The notes beneath the pieces were generated by a model. That model saw only the letters and a program-made list of their open reading frames with translations, did not search any database and was not told where the DNA came from. A stretch of DNA of 64,000 bases from contig NC_133619.1 of the NCBI RefSeq assembly GCF_048593235.1, positions 620,102,558 through 620,166,557 of the forward strand, written 5' to 3'. Source of the DNA: Sminthopsis crassicaudata (lineage: Eukaryota). The stretch's first letter is position 1. The number at the start of each line of letters is the position of its first letter. Positions 21,613 through 31,955 of this stretch are shown piece by piece. Position numbers and translations under genes: made by a program.

Positions 21613-24600
21613 TCAGAATACATCCTCATACAGCATTGTTGTTGAAGTGTACAGTGATCTTCTGGTTCTGCTCATTTCACTCAGCATCAGTTGATTTAAG
21701 TCTCTCCAGGCCTCTCTGTATTCCTCCTGCTGGTCATTTCTTACCGAGCAATAATATTCCATAACCTTCATATACCACAATTTACCCAACCATTCTCCAA
21801 CTGATGGACATCCATTCATCCTCCAGTTTCTAGCTACAACAAAAAGAGCTGCCACAAACATTTTGGCACATATATGTCTCTTTCCGCTCTTTAGTATTTC
21901 TTTGGGATATAATCCCAGTAGTAGCGCTGCTGGGTCAAAGGGTATGCACAGTTTGATAACTTTTTGGGCATAATTCCAGATTGCTCTCCAGAATGGCTGG
22001 ATTCTTTCACAACTCCACCAGCAATGTATTAGTGTCCCAGTTTCCCCACATCCCCTCCAACATTTGTCATTATTTGTTCCTGTCATCTTAGCCAATCTGA
22101 CAGGTGTGTAGTGGTATCTCAGAGTGGTCTTAATTTGCATTTCTCTGATCAGTAGTGATTTGGAACACTCTTTCATGTGAGTGGATATAGTTTCAATTTC
22201 TTCCTCTGAGAATTGTCTGTTCATATCCCTTGACCATTTATCAATTGGAGAATGGTTCGGTTTCTTATAAATTTGGGTCAGTTCTCTATATATTTTGGAA
22301 ATGAGACCTTTGTCAGAACCTTTGTTTTTAAAAATATTTTCCCAATTTGTTATTTCCCTTCTAATCTTGTTTGCATTAGTATTATTTGTACAGAAACTTT
22401 TTAGTTTGATGTAATCAAAATCTTCTATTTTGTGATCAATAATGATCTCTAGTTCTCCTCTGGTCGTAAATTCCTTCCTCCTCCACAAGTCTGAGAGGTA
22501 GATTATCCTCTGTTCCTCTAATCTATTTATTATCTCCCTCTTTATGCCTAAATCATGGACCCATTTTGATCTTATCTTGGTATATGGTGTTAAGTGTGGA
22601 TCCATATCTAATTTCTGCCATACTAATTTCCAGTTTTCCCAACAGTTTTTTCCGAATAATGAATTTTTATCCCTAATGTTGGAATCTTTGGGTTTGTCAA
22701 AGATTAGATTGCTATAGATGTACCCTTTTTTGTCCTTTGTATCTAATCTGTTCCACTGATCTACCGGTCTATTTTGTAGCCAATACCAAATGGTTTTGGT
22801 GACTGCTGCTATATAATATAGCTTTAGATCAGGTACACTTAGACCACCTTCCTCTGAGTTTTTTTTCATTAGTTCCCTTGCAATTCTTGACCTTTTATTC
22901 TTCCATATGAATTTTGTTGTTATTTTTTCTAGGTCATTAAAATAGTTTCTTGGGAGTCTGATTGGTATAGCACTAAATAAATAGATTAGTTTGGGGAGTA
23001 TTGTCATCTTTATTATATTCGCTCGGCCTATCCAAGAGCACTGAATGTCTTTCCAATTATTTAAATCTGATTTTATTTTTGTGGCAAGTGTTTTGTAATT
23101 TTTCTCATATAATTCCTGACTTTTCTTTGGTAGATGGATTCCCAAATATTTTATACTCTCAACATTTGTTTGGAATGGAATTTCTCTTTGTATCTCTTGC
23201 TGTTGCATTTTGTTAGTGATATATAAAAATGCCGAGGATTTATGTGGATTTATTTTGTATCCTGCCACTTTGCTGAAATTTTGAATTATTTCTAGTAGCT
23301 TTTTAGCAGAGTCTTTGGGGTTCTCTAAGTATACCATCATGTCATCTGCAAAAAGTGATAGTTTGATTTCCTCATTTCCTACTCTAATTCCTTGAATCTC
23401 TTTCTCGGCTCTTATTGCCGAGGCTAGCGTTTCTAGTACTATATTGAATAGTAATGGTGATAGTGGGCAACCTTGTTTCACTCCTGATCTTACTGGGAAA
23501 GGTTGCAGTTTATTTCTATTGCATATTATGCTTACTGACGGTCTTAAATATATACTCCTGATTATTCTAAGGAATAATCCATTTATTCCTATACTCTCAA
23601 GAGTTTTTAGTAGGAATGGATGTTGGATTTTGTCAAATGCTTTTTCTGCATCTATTGAGATGATCATATGGTTCTTATTAATTTGATTATTAATATGGTC
23701 AATTATATTAATAGTTTTCCTAATATTAAACCAGCCCTGCATTCCTGGAATAAATCCTACTTGATCATAGTGTATTATCTTGGAGATGATTTTCTGAAGT
23801 CTTTTTGCTAATATCTTATTTAAGATTTTAGCATCAATATTCATTAAGGAGATTGGTCTATAATTTTCTTTCTCAGTTTTCGATCTACCAGGTTTAGGTA
23901 TCAGTACCATGTCTGTGTCATAAAAGGAGTTTGGTAGGACTCCTTCATCCCCTATTTTTTCAAATAATTTATATAACATTGGGGCTAATTGTTCTTTAAA
24001 TGTTTGGTAGAATTCACATGTGAATCCATCTGGCCCTGGGGATTTTTTCCTGGGGAGTTGATTAATAGCTTGTTCTATTTCTTTTTCTGAAATGGGACTA
24101 TTTAAGCAATTTATCTCCTCCTCTGTTAATCTAGGGAGCCTATATTTTTGGAGAAAGTCATCCATTTCACTTAAGTTATCAAATTTATTGGCATAAAGTT
24201 GGGCAAAGTAACTCCTTATTATTTCTCTAATTTCCTCTTCATTGGTGGAAAGATCCCCCTTTTCATTTGTAAGACTATCAATTTGATTTTCCTCTTTCTT
24301 TTTTTTGATCAAATTTACCAAAGGTTTATCTATTTTATTGGCTTTTTCATAAAACCAACTCTTGGTTTTATTTATTAATTCAATAGTTTTTTTACTTTCA
24401 ATTTTATTGATTTCTCCTTTTAATTTTTGTATTTCGAGTTTAATTTTTGGTTGGGGGTTTATAATTTGGTCTTTTTCTAGCCTTTTAAGTTGTAAGCCCA
24501 ATTCGTTAATCTTCTCTTTCTCAATTTTCTTCAAATAAGCCTCTAAAGATATAAAATTTCCCCTTATTACTGCTTTAGCTGCATCCCAAAGATTTTGATA

Positions 24601-25431
24601 TGATGTCTCATCATTATCATTATCTTGGGTGAAATTGTTAATTGTTTCTATAATTTGCTCTTTCACCCAGTCATTCTTTAATATGAGATTATTCAGTTTC
24701 CAATTACTTTTTGGTCTATTTACCCCTAACTTTTTACTGAATGTAGCTTTTATTGCATTGTGATCTGAGAAGAAGGCATTTATTATTTCTGCCTTCCTAC
24801 ATTTAATTTTGAGATCTTTATGTCCTAATATATGGTCAATTTTTGTATAGGATCCATGAACTGCTGAGAAGAAAGTATATTCCTTCCTATTGCCATTCAG
24901 TTTTCTCCAAAGGTCTATCATACCTAGTTTTTCTAATGTTCTATTTACTTTTTTAATTTCTTTCTTGTTTGTTTTGTGGTTTGATTTGTCTAAATCTGAG
25001 AGTGCAAGGTTGAGATCTCCCACTATTATAGTTTTACTGTCTATTTCTTCTTGCAGTTCTCTTAACTTTTCCTTTAGAAAGTTAGATGCTATACCACTTG
25101 GTGCATATATGTTTAGTATTGATATGGCTTCATTATTTATGCTACCTTTTCCTTCCTTGTCTCTTTTAATTAGATCAACTTCTGCTTTTGCTTGATCTGA
25201 GATAAGGATAGCTACCCCTGCTTTTTTGGCTTTACCTGAAGCATAATAAGCTCTGTTCCAACCTTTTACCTTTACTCTGTATGTATCTCCCTGCTTTAAG
25301 TGTGTTTCCTGTAGACAACATATTGTAGGGTTCTGCTTTTTGATCCAATCTGCTATCCGTCTCCGTTTGATGGGATCGTTCATCCCATTTACATTTACAG
25401 TTAAAATTACTAATTCTGTATTTCCTGCCAT
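21613..25431 (-). CDS. LINE-1 ORF2p (endonuclease, reverse transcriptase, Cys-rich C-terminus), 1272 aa open
   Basis: APE motifs NVNG, CLQET, NIYAP, GDLN, KIDH, SDHN; RT motifs [10 protein letters not shown] and FADD; CWRGC...HCWW knuckle. Confidence 0.95.
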   Translation of the reverse strand: MAGNTELVILTVNVNGMNDPIKRRRIADWIKKQNPTICCLQETHLKQGDTYRVKVKGWNRAYYASGKAKKAGVAILISDQAKAEVDLIKRDKEGKGSINNEAISILNIYAPSGIASNFLKEKLRELQEEIDSKTIIVGDLNLALSDLDKSNHKTNKKEIKKVNRTLEKLGMIDLWRKLNGNRKEYTFFSAVHGSYTKIDHILGHKDLKIKCRKAEIINAFFSDHNAIKATFSKKLGVNRPKSNWKLNNLILKNDWVKEQIIETINNFTQDNDNDETSYQNLWDAAKAVIRGNFISLEAYLKKIEKEKINELGLQLKRLEKDQIINPQPKIKLEIQKLKGEINKIESKKTIELINKTKSWFYEKANKIDKPLVNLIKKKKEENQIDSLTNEKGDLSTNEEEIREIIRSYFAQLYANKFDNLSEMDDFLQKYRLPRLTEEEINCLNSPISEKEIEQAINQLPRKKSPGPDGFTCEFYQTFKEQLAPMLYKLFEKIGDEGVLPNSFYDTDMVLIPKPGRSKTEKENYRPISLMNIDAKILNKILAKRLQKIISKIIHYDQVGFIPGMQGWFNIRKTINIIDHINNQINKNHMIISIDAEKAFDKIQHPFLLKTLESIGINGLFLRIIRSIYLRPSVSIICNRNKLQPFPVRSGVKQGCPLSPLLFNIVLETLASAIRAEKEIQGIRVGNEEIKLSLFADDMMVYLENPKDSAKKLLEIIQNFSKVAGYKINPHKSSAFLYITNKMQQQEIQREIPFQTNVESIKYLGIHLPKKSQELYEKNYKTLATKIKSDLNNWKDIQCSWIGRANIIKMTILPKLIYLFSAIPIRLPRNYFNDLEKITTKFIWKNKRSRIARELMKKNSEEGGLSVPDLKLYYIAAVTKTIWYWLQNRPVDQWNRLDTKDKKGYIYSNLIFDKPKDSNIRDKNSLFGKNCWENWKLVWQKLDMDPHLTPYTKIRSKWVHDLGIKREIINRLEEQRIIYLSDLWRRKEFTTRGELEIIIDHKIEDFDYIKLKSFCTNNTNANKIRREITNWENIFKNKGSDKGLISKIYRELTQIYKKPNHSPIDKWSRDMNRQFSEEEIETISTHMKECSKSLLIREMQIKTTLRYHYTPVRLAKMTGTNNDKCWRGCGETGTLIHCWWSCERIQPFWRAIWNYAQKVIKLCIPFDPAALLLGLYPKEILKSGKRHICAKMFVAALFVVARNWRMNGCPSVGEWLGKLWYMKVMEYYCSVRNDQQEEYREAWRDLNQLMLSEMSRTRRSLYTSTTMLYEDVF

Positions 25432-25957
25432 CGTATTATCCCCAGATTATACTTTTTTCCCTTGACCCCCCTGATCCCCCTCCCTGATATTTAATTTACA
25501 GACCCCCCTTGTGACGCGCAACCCTCCCTCTTTTTTTTTTTTTTTTTTTTTTTTTTAGGATCCCTCCCCCCTCCCTGCAAGTCCCTTCACTTATTCTCCT
25601 TTTCCTTTCCCCTTTTCCTCTCCCCCCTTTTAATGAGGTGAGAGAAAATTCTCTGAAAAACAAATATGTTAATTATTTACTCTTTGAGCCTCTTCTGATG
25701 AGAGTAAGATTCACACAATGATTCTCCCCCTCACTAAGTTCCCTCAGATATGGTGTATTTTCTATGTCTCTTCCTGGGATGTAGTTTCCCTCTTTTTATC
25801 ACTCCTTCCCCTTTTTCTGAACCGACCTCCTTCCCTTTACCACACCCCCCTTTTTTTCTTTTATATCAGTAAAATCAAATTATCCTTGAGTATTTTTTAT
25901 ATACCCACAACAAAGTTACAGTTCTCAAGGGTTCTGTGTACCTTTTTCTGTTTCTCT

Positions 25958-27113
25958 TCAGTCTTGTGGATGTAGATCAAATTTTTTGTTTAAGTCTGGT
26001 TTTTTTCTTAGAAACATATAGAATTCCTCTGTTTCATTGAATGACCATCTTCTTCCATGGAAAAAGATGCTAAACTTAGCTGGGTAGTTCATTCTTGGTT
26101 GCAGTCCTTGATCTTTTGCCTTTCGGAATATCAGGTTCCAGGCCCTTCTATCTTTTAATGTGGAGGCAGCCAGATCTTGGGTGACCCTTATTGTGGCACC
26201 TTGGTATTTAAATTGTTTTTTTCTGCTTGCAGGATTTTCTCCTTTGGGTGGTAATTCTGCAGCTTAGCCACAATATTCCGTGGTGTTCTTTTTTTAGGGT
26301 CTATTTCAGAAGGAGTTCGATGAATTCTTTCCACATCTACTTTCCCTTCTGTTTCTATTATCTCTGGACAGTTCTCTTTGATAATTTCCTGTAAAATAGA
26401 ATCTAGGCTCTTTTTTTGGTCATAGTTTTCTGGAAGTCCAATAATCCGCAGATTATCTCTCCTAGATCTATTTTCCAGGTCTATAGATTTTCCCAGTAAG
26501 TATTTGACGTTGTTCTCCAGCTTCTCATTTTTTTTGTTTTGTTTGACTGATTCTTGGGTTCTCTGTGAATCATTCATTTCTATTTGTTCCATCCTGACTT
26601 TTAAGGAGTTATTTTCTTCTTTCACAGTTTTTAGTTCTTTTTGTAAATGCCCAATTTCGTTTTTAAATGAATTATTTTGCTCTATTGAGTTTTTTTCCAT
26701 TTCCCTAATTTTTTTTTTTGAGAATTATTTTCTTTTTCCAATTCAGAAATTCTATTTTCTTGAGACTTTTTTATCTTTTCCAATTCAGAAATCCTACTTT
26801 CCTGTGTTTTTTTAACCTTTTCTAATTCACTAATTTTGTTTCCCTGCATCTCCTGTGAATTCTTTATTTTTTCCAACTCCAATTTCAGGACATTGTTATT
26901 CTCTATCATAACTTCCCGTTCTTTTCCCCATTTTTCTTCGATCTCCCTCAATTTCTTAAGAGCTTCTTCTAGGAGAGAGTTATGTGATGGGGGGCAGGAA
27001 TCGTTCCCCTTTAGGTTGTTATCTGATTCTCTGCTGTCAACTTCCTCGGGGTTGGACACCCGCTCTTTCTCTGTATAGAAGGAATCTATGGTTTTTCTAG
27101 CTTTTTTGCTCAT
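25958..27113 (-). pseudogene. LINE-1 ORF1p with two apparent frameshifts
   Basis: MSKKARK... coiled coil (27113-26682), frame 2 with ENRSRRDNLRIIGLPE (26700-26188), frame 3 KQFKYQGATIRVTQDL...HPQD stop at 25958; shifts at A-runs near 26715 and 26220. Confidence 0.85.
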
Positions 27114-27962
27114 ACTTAAAAAAAATCTTTTGGGGTCTGTCCCTGGGGTAGGAAATTATTTACTTCTTTACCAGCTTCCTCCCAGACCGGATGGATGCAG
27201 CGGCTCCTGAGCCTGAGCTAAGAGAGAGCTCTGGGAGAGAGTTCCCCACCCTCTCCCTGGGAGTGCCTCAGAGGTGATTAGCACTGCTGTGCTTCGAGGG
27301 CGTAGAATAGTGAAGACTGCAGGAAGCTCAGCCTATGGGTCCGGGTGGGGAGTGGGTGTCTGCAGCAGGTGACGTAAGAAGCCCCTGCGCTCAAACTGGA
27401 AGTGTCTGCCAGAAACCGCGGTCCCTAGTTCAAAGGTTCCGCTTCTCTGGGACTTCCTGGAGCTGAGTTCCACTCCCTCCAGCTAAGCTAGGCAGTGTGT
27501 GTTGCCTTGGGCCGTATCCACCCACTTGTCAGTCTCTTAACTATTCTCAGGAGGTAGCTGAGGCCACACCCCCTGGTGCCGAGTCACCCCCAGGGTGGGG
27601 GGGGGGGGAAATCTAATCTGAGTTTTAAAATATTTTGGCTTTCTCTTCTGAACTGCTAAATAATTAGCAGAGAAGAGCTAACAGCCTGTGCCAGATTCCT
27701 TTACCTCAGTGGCTTCTCTGATCCCAGAGCCCCTCCCAGCGCAATGGGCGCAGTGTGCCCCTACCCCACCGTCTGTGCTGGTCTTTCTTATTCCTCCCCT
27801 GAGAACTGACCTTTCCTTTTGAAACTCCAGATTCTCTTCAGCTGGTAAGTCGTGCTTCCAGTCCTTGTGGTATCTATCAGTCCTGAGCTAATTTTGAGAC
27901 TTAATTTATCTAATTGGTTGTGAGGGAGTGAGGACGTTCACTGAGTTGTGTGTTTCCTCTCC

Positions 27963-27972
27963 GCCATCTTGG
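27963..27972 (-). promoter_or_regulatory. YY1-type site at L1 internal promoter start
   Basis: CCAAGATGGC on the minus strand at the L1 5' terminus. Confidence 0.75.
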
Positions 27973-28088
27973 CTCCGCCCCCCCATATATTAGGTTTTTA
28001 ATAAATGCTTGTTGAATTGGTTTGGATTGAATTAGATCTGGATGACCTTCCCAGTTTTTCACATTTTACTTTGTACACAGTACATTTC

Positions 28089-28617
28089 TTTTTTTATTTT
28101 TTTAATAATAGCATTTTATTTTTCCAAATACATGCAAAGATAATTTTTAGCATTCACCTCTGCCAAACTTTGTGTTCCAATTTTTTCTCCATCTCCCTCC
28201 TTCCCTCTCCCCTAGATGGCAAACAATCCAACATAGGTTAAACATGTGCATTTCTAATAAACTATTTCCATATTCATCATACACAAGAAAAACCAGATCA
28301 AAAGGGAAAAAAAAAAACAAAAACCACGAGAAAAACTACAAGCAAACAACAACAAAATGAAAATGTTATGCTTTGATCTACATTCAGTCTCCATAGTCCT
28401 TTCTCTGGATGTGAATGGCTCTTTCCATCACAAGTCTGTTGGAATTGCCTTGAATCACCTCATTATTGAAAAGAACCGAGCACATCAGTTGAACATCATA
28501 TAATCTTATTGCTGATACACAGTACATTTCACTTAGCTTGAGTTCATGGAGAATTTTCCAGGTTTTTCTGGGAACATCCTGCTCATCATTTTCCACAGAA
28601 CAGTAATAATTATCCAA
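28089..28617 (-). mobile_element. Older 5'-truncated L1 3' fragment
   Basis: Minus translation YYCSVENDEQDVPRKTWKILHELKLSEM resembles the ORF2 C-terminus of the adjacent L1; T-rich tail on +. Confidence 0.75.
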
Positions 28618-28830
28618 TGTTTAAATCACTTCCCAGTACCTTTCTCTACTGAGCCTGATTTAACCATAGCTTATCTTCCCTTACTAGTTTTTAAGATTGT
28701 AGAAGCAGATCTCAGATCTTTCTAGAAAAGCTTTTTAATCCCAGGAATGAGAGAAAATCCAAGTATGTTGCTTCCTTGTCTGGTACAAGTTTGTGGTTAG
28801 CCAGTTATTTAACTTTCCCAAACTTAGAAC

Positions 28831-29412
28831 TGTTATGGGCTGGACTCTTGTACTTAAGGATTCTTACAAGCTAAGAATTGGAATTGATAAAACAATGGTT
28901 ACCCTTTGGAATCCAATTCTCACCATGCAATGGAAGTTTGGTTTTGCACACATGTATTGTATCTAGGTTATACTGTAACACATTCGATATGTATGGGATT
29001 GCCTATCACCTGGGGGAGGGAGTGGAGGGAGGGAGGGGAAAATTTGGAAAAGTGAATACAAGGGATAATGTTGTAAAAAAAAAAAAAAAATTACTCATGC
29101 ATATGTATTATCAAGAAGGATTGTAATTATAAAATTAATAAGTGAAAAAAAAAATTTTTTAAATGGTTATCTAGTTTAGCCTAGTGATTAATAGTTCTCT
29201 AGTTCAGTACATATACTTAGCACTTAATGTAGTTCTACAAGATTCACACCTACTATAATGTAATTATAAGAGAGTATATAACAGCCGGCAGGGCCTCAGA
29301 GACAGATTCACTTCGGCTCACCACTGTAGTGGCTGGCCTCCTGCACTTCCCTCATTGAGACCAAGGCTCTGCTGAAAAGAAGGCTGCACCAAGATCGCCA
29401 GAAAGCCAAACA
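28831..29412 (+). mobile_element. ERV solo LTR interrupted by an L1 fragment (3' end approximate)
   Basis: Starts TGTTATGGGC; both halves match the reverse complement of the LTR at 36050-36150. Confidence 0.6.
28902..29161 (+). mobile_element. 5'-truncated L1 3'UTR inserted into the LTR
   Basis: Similar to the 3'UTR of the full-length L1 (gcacacatgtattgta...gaatacaagggataat); A-rich tail; flanked by AATGGTTA at 28894-28901 and 29162-29169. Confidence 0.75.
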
Positions 29413-29571
29413 GGAATGCTATATAGAAAACTCTTTTCTGGTTTAGAAAAAAACTATTTTCTGTTATAGGAAAACTGCTTTAGGCATAGCTTCTGACAGA
29501 AGTCATTGATGTTTTCTCTTTCCTATTAGTTCTCCAAAGATTTGACTTGTTGGTTTTTGCTTCTGTTCCAG

Positions 29572-29706
29572 GTGGCCCTCTGGACCCTGGGGCAACTGGT
29601 GGCCAGCACGGGCTATGTGGTGGAGCCCTATAGGAAATACCCAACCTTATTGGAGGTGCTGCTGAACTTTCTGAAGACCGAGCAGAACCAGGGTACCCGG
29701 AGGGAG
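29572..29706 (+). CDS. MTOR: mTOR exon 17
   Basis: VALWTLGQLVASTGYVVEPYRKYPTLLEVLLNFLKTEQNQGTRRE; 135 nt. Confidence 0.97.
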
Positions 29707-30256
29707 GTAGGAAGCTGAAGTAACTTAGCTTAGTATGACAATGGAAGAGAGAAAAAAATTTCAAGTGTCATGCTTTCTTGCGATCAGCCTTCTTTGTGTG
29801 ATCACAGGAACCCAGATTTAGAGCAGAGCCTCAGAGGCCATCTGGTCCACACATCCTCCCCCTTCCATTTACTAGACAAGGAAACCAAATTTCACAGAGG
29901 TTGTGACTTGTCCCCGGGCCTCGTGCTGCAGCTGCATGCAGCCCATCAGAATGATGAGAAGGTTTATAAAGCACTTGAAATAAATCCTCACAAGTGCTCC
30001 AAATGTGAACCTTTTTCCAGATGACTAAGTTGAGGCTCAGGTGAAGTGCTTTACCTGGAGTCATACAGCTGGTAAGTTTCTGAGATGGGGTTTTCTGACT
30101 CTTAAGTCCAGCTCCATATCCACACATACCCTCACTGCCCAAGAAAGGATGTCATTTGTAAGGACCTAAAAAGAATGTCAGGGCAGAGGAAGGCATTGGG
30201 TTGTATCTGGCAACTGCAGGCTTGGGGCTAATTTGCTTTTCCCCTTCCTCACACAG

Positions 30257-30386
30257 GCTATCCGAGTTTTGGGGCTCTTGGGTGCTTTAGATCCCTACAA
30301 GCACAAAGTGAACATCGGTATGATTGATCAGTCTCGGGATGCTTCTGCCGTCAGTTTATCTGAATCCAAATCCAGCCAGGATTCCT
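30257..30386 (+). CDS. MTOR: mTOR exon 18
   Basis: AIRVLGLLGALDPYKHKVNIGMIDQSRDASAVSLSESKSSQDS; 130 nt. Confidence 0.97.
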
Positions 30387-31704
30387 GTAAGTGAAGGGGA
30401 AGTTTGAGCCTTCCAGGTCCCTGAACTTTGAAGCTTAGGCAGGATGTCCTCTGATCCTCAGAAATATTAGAGCATTTAGTTATTTTTGAATGAAAAGTCA
30501 GTTTTACCTAGTATTCAATGAAATTTTCTGTTTTCTGGCAAGTCAGAGTATGCATTCATTCATTAAACAACTAGCTATTGAGTGCTTGTTCTCAGCAAGG
30601 CCCCAGGGAGGTAGAAGGGGAGAGTGAAGAAACAACCCCAGCCTCCCTGGGAGGGGGAGAAAGGGTTCTTTCTCTCCTCTTTCTCTAGGTTCGTTGTTTT
30701 TTCTGGGGCTTTGAGATTCATATGATGTTTTCATTCCTAATTCTCACAGCGGGTATGGGAGGGAGAAAGATGTTGATATCTTATTCTTTTCCAATGTTTC
30801 TTTGAAATAATTCATTTTCACAACACTCCTGGGAGGTAGAGTTCAGAATTTGTTCTCCTTTTTGAAAGATAGATTTGTCCTTAGATTTCCCCAGAAAACC
30901 ACTGTTTCCTCTAAACACTAGATCCATTAGCCTTCACAGCCTTTTGCAAGGGTATTTTTGTCTTCACAGTGGGCGATATTTGTCCTTGCCTTTGACAGCC
31001 GCTTCAGGGATCCATTCCTCATCAGTGAAACAGGCCTTTATTTATTAGCTTTATTGTTGAAGAGATTAAATCTCCTACTTCCTTCCCTGGCCCAGAAAGA
31101 AGCTTCAGTAAGTGATCTAGTACTGTTGGCTTCTTGGCAGATCCACATCATTGGAAAGAGAAAGCTCAGGGTCTGCTTTCTTGCTCACATCCGCCCTCAA
31201 TCCCTCATCTTCCTGCCAGCTTATGTCCTATTCCTCTCAGGACCCTGTTAAATCATAGGCCTTCTCCTTAAAATCCTGATTTTTCTGGTCAGGTATAATT
31301 TTCTATTAACTCAGCTGAATTCCCCAGGGCTTTGAGGGCCAAGCAGCTGTTGAACAGATGTTTGCTTAAATGAATCCACTAAATTTCAATTACTTTCATT
31401 TGGGAGAGTAGTTATTTTTATTGGTCTCTTCAGCTGCTAAAATGTGAACAATAACCGTAAGAAGTTAAGTCAGATGCATACCATTGTAAGGACCATAATC
31501 CACAAAGCAGACTTGGAGGGTCTGTTTGAGCAATGGAGAAAGGCCCTGGAGTGGTTGTTCCATGGGGATGGTTCCTAGCACCACTGTATTCTTCAGGATG
31601 CTGGACAGGAAGGAAAGTGTGAGAAGGGGCAGCTTGCAGTGTTTCCCCTCCCCAAAGTCAGCCGTATGTGGTGTTGAGATGCCCTCTCTCTGACTTTGTC
31701 CCAG

Positions 31705-31955
31705 CCGACTATAGCACCAGTGAAATGCTGGTGAACATGGGGAACCTGCCTCTCGATGAGTTCTACCCAGCCGTGTCGATGGTGGCTCTGATGAGGATCT
31801 TCCGAGACCAGTCCCTTTCCCACCATCACACCATGGTCGTTCAGGCCATCACCTTTATCTTCAAATCCCTGGGACTCAAGTGTGTCCAGTTCCTGCCGCA
31901 GGTTATGCCCACGTTCCTTAACGTGATCCGGGTCTGTGATGCTGCCATTCGGGAA
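31705..31955 (+). CDS. MTOR: mTOR exon 19
   Basis: DYSTSEMLVNMGNLPLDEFYPAVSMVALMRIFRDQSLSHHH...CDAAIRE; 251 nt. Confidence 0.97.

Larger units (their letters stand above)
21236..27983 (-). mobile_element. Full-length young LINE-1 (about 6.75 kb), antisense in MTOR intron 16
   Basis: 5' end GGGGGCGGAGCCAAGATGGCGG; 5'UTR, ORF1, about 525-nt spacer, ORF2, 3'UTR and poly(A); 16-bp TSD catatattaggttttt at 21220-21235 and 27984-27999; TT/AAAA target within an older L2 tail. Confidence 0.97.

Noticed and set aside
23001-27078. Plus-strand ORFs inside the L1
   Set aside because: Hydrophobic antisense shadows of the A-rich L1 ORFs; no support as an ORF0-like product.
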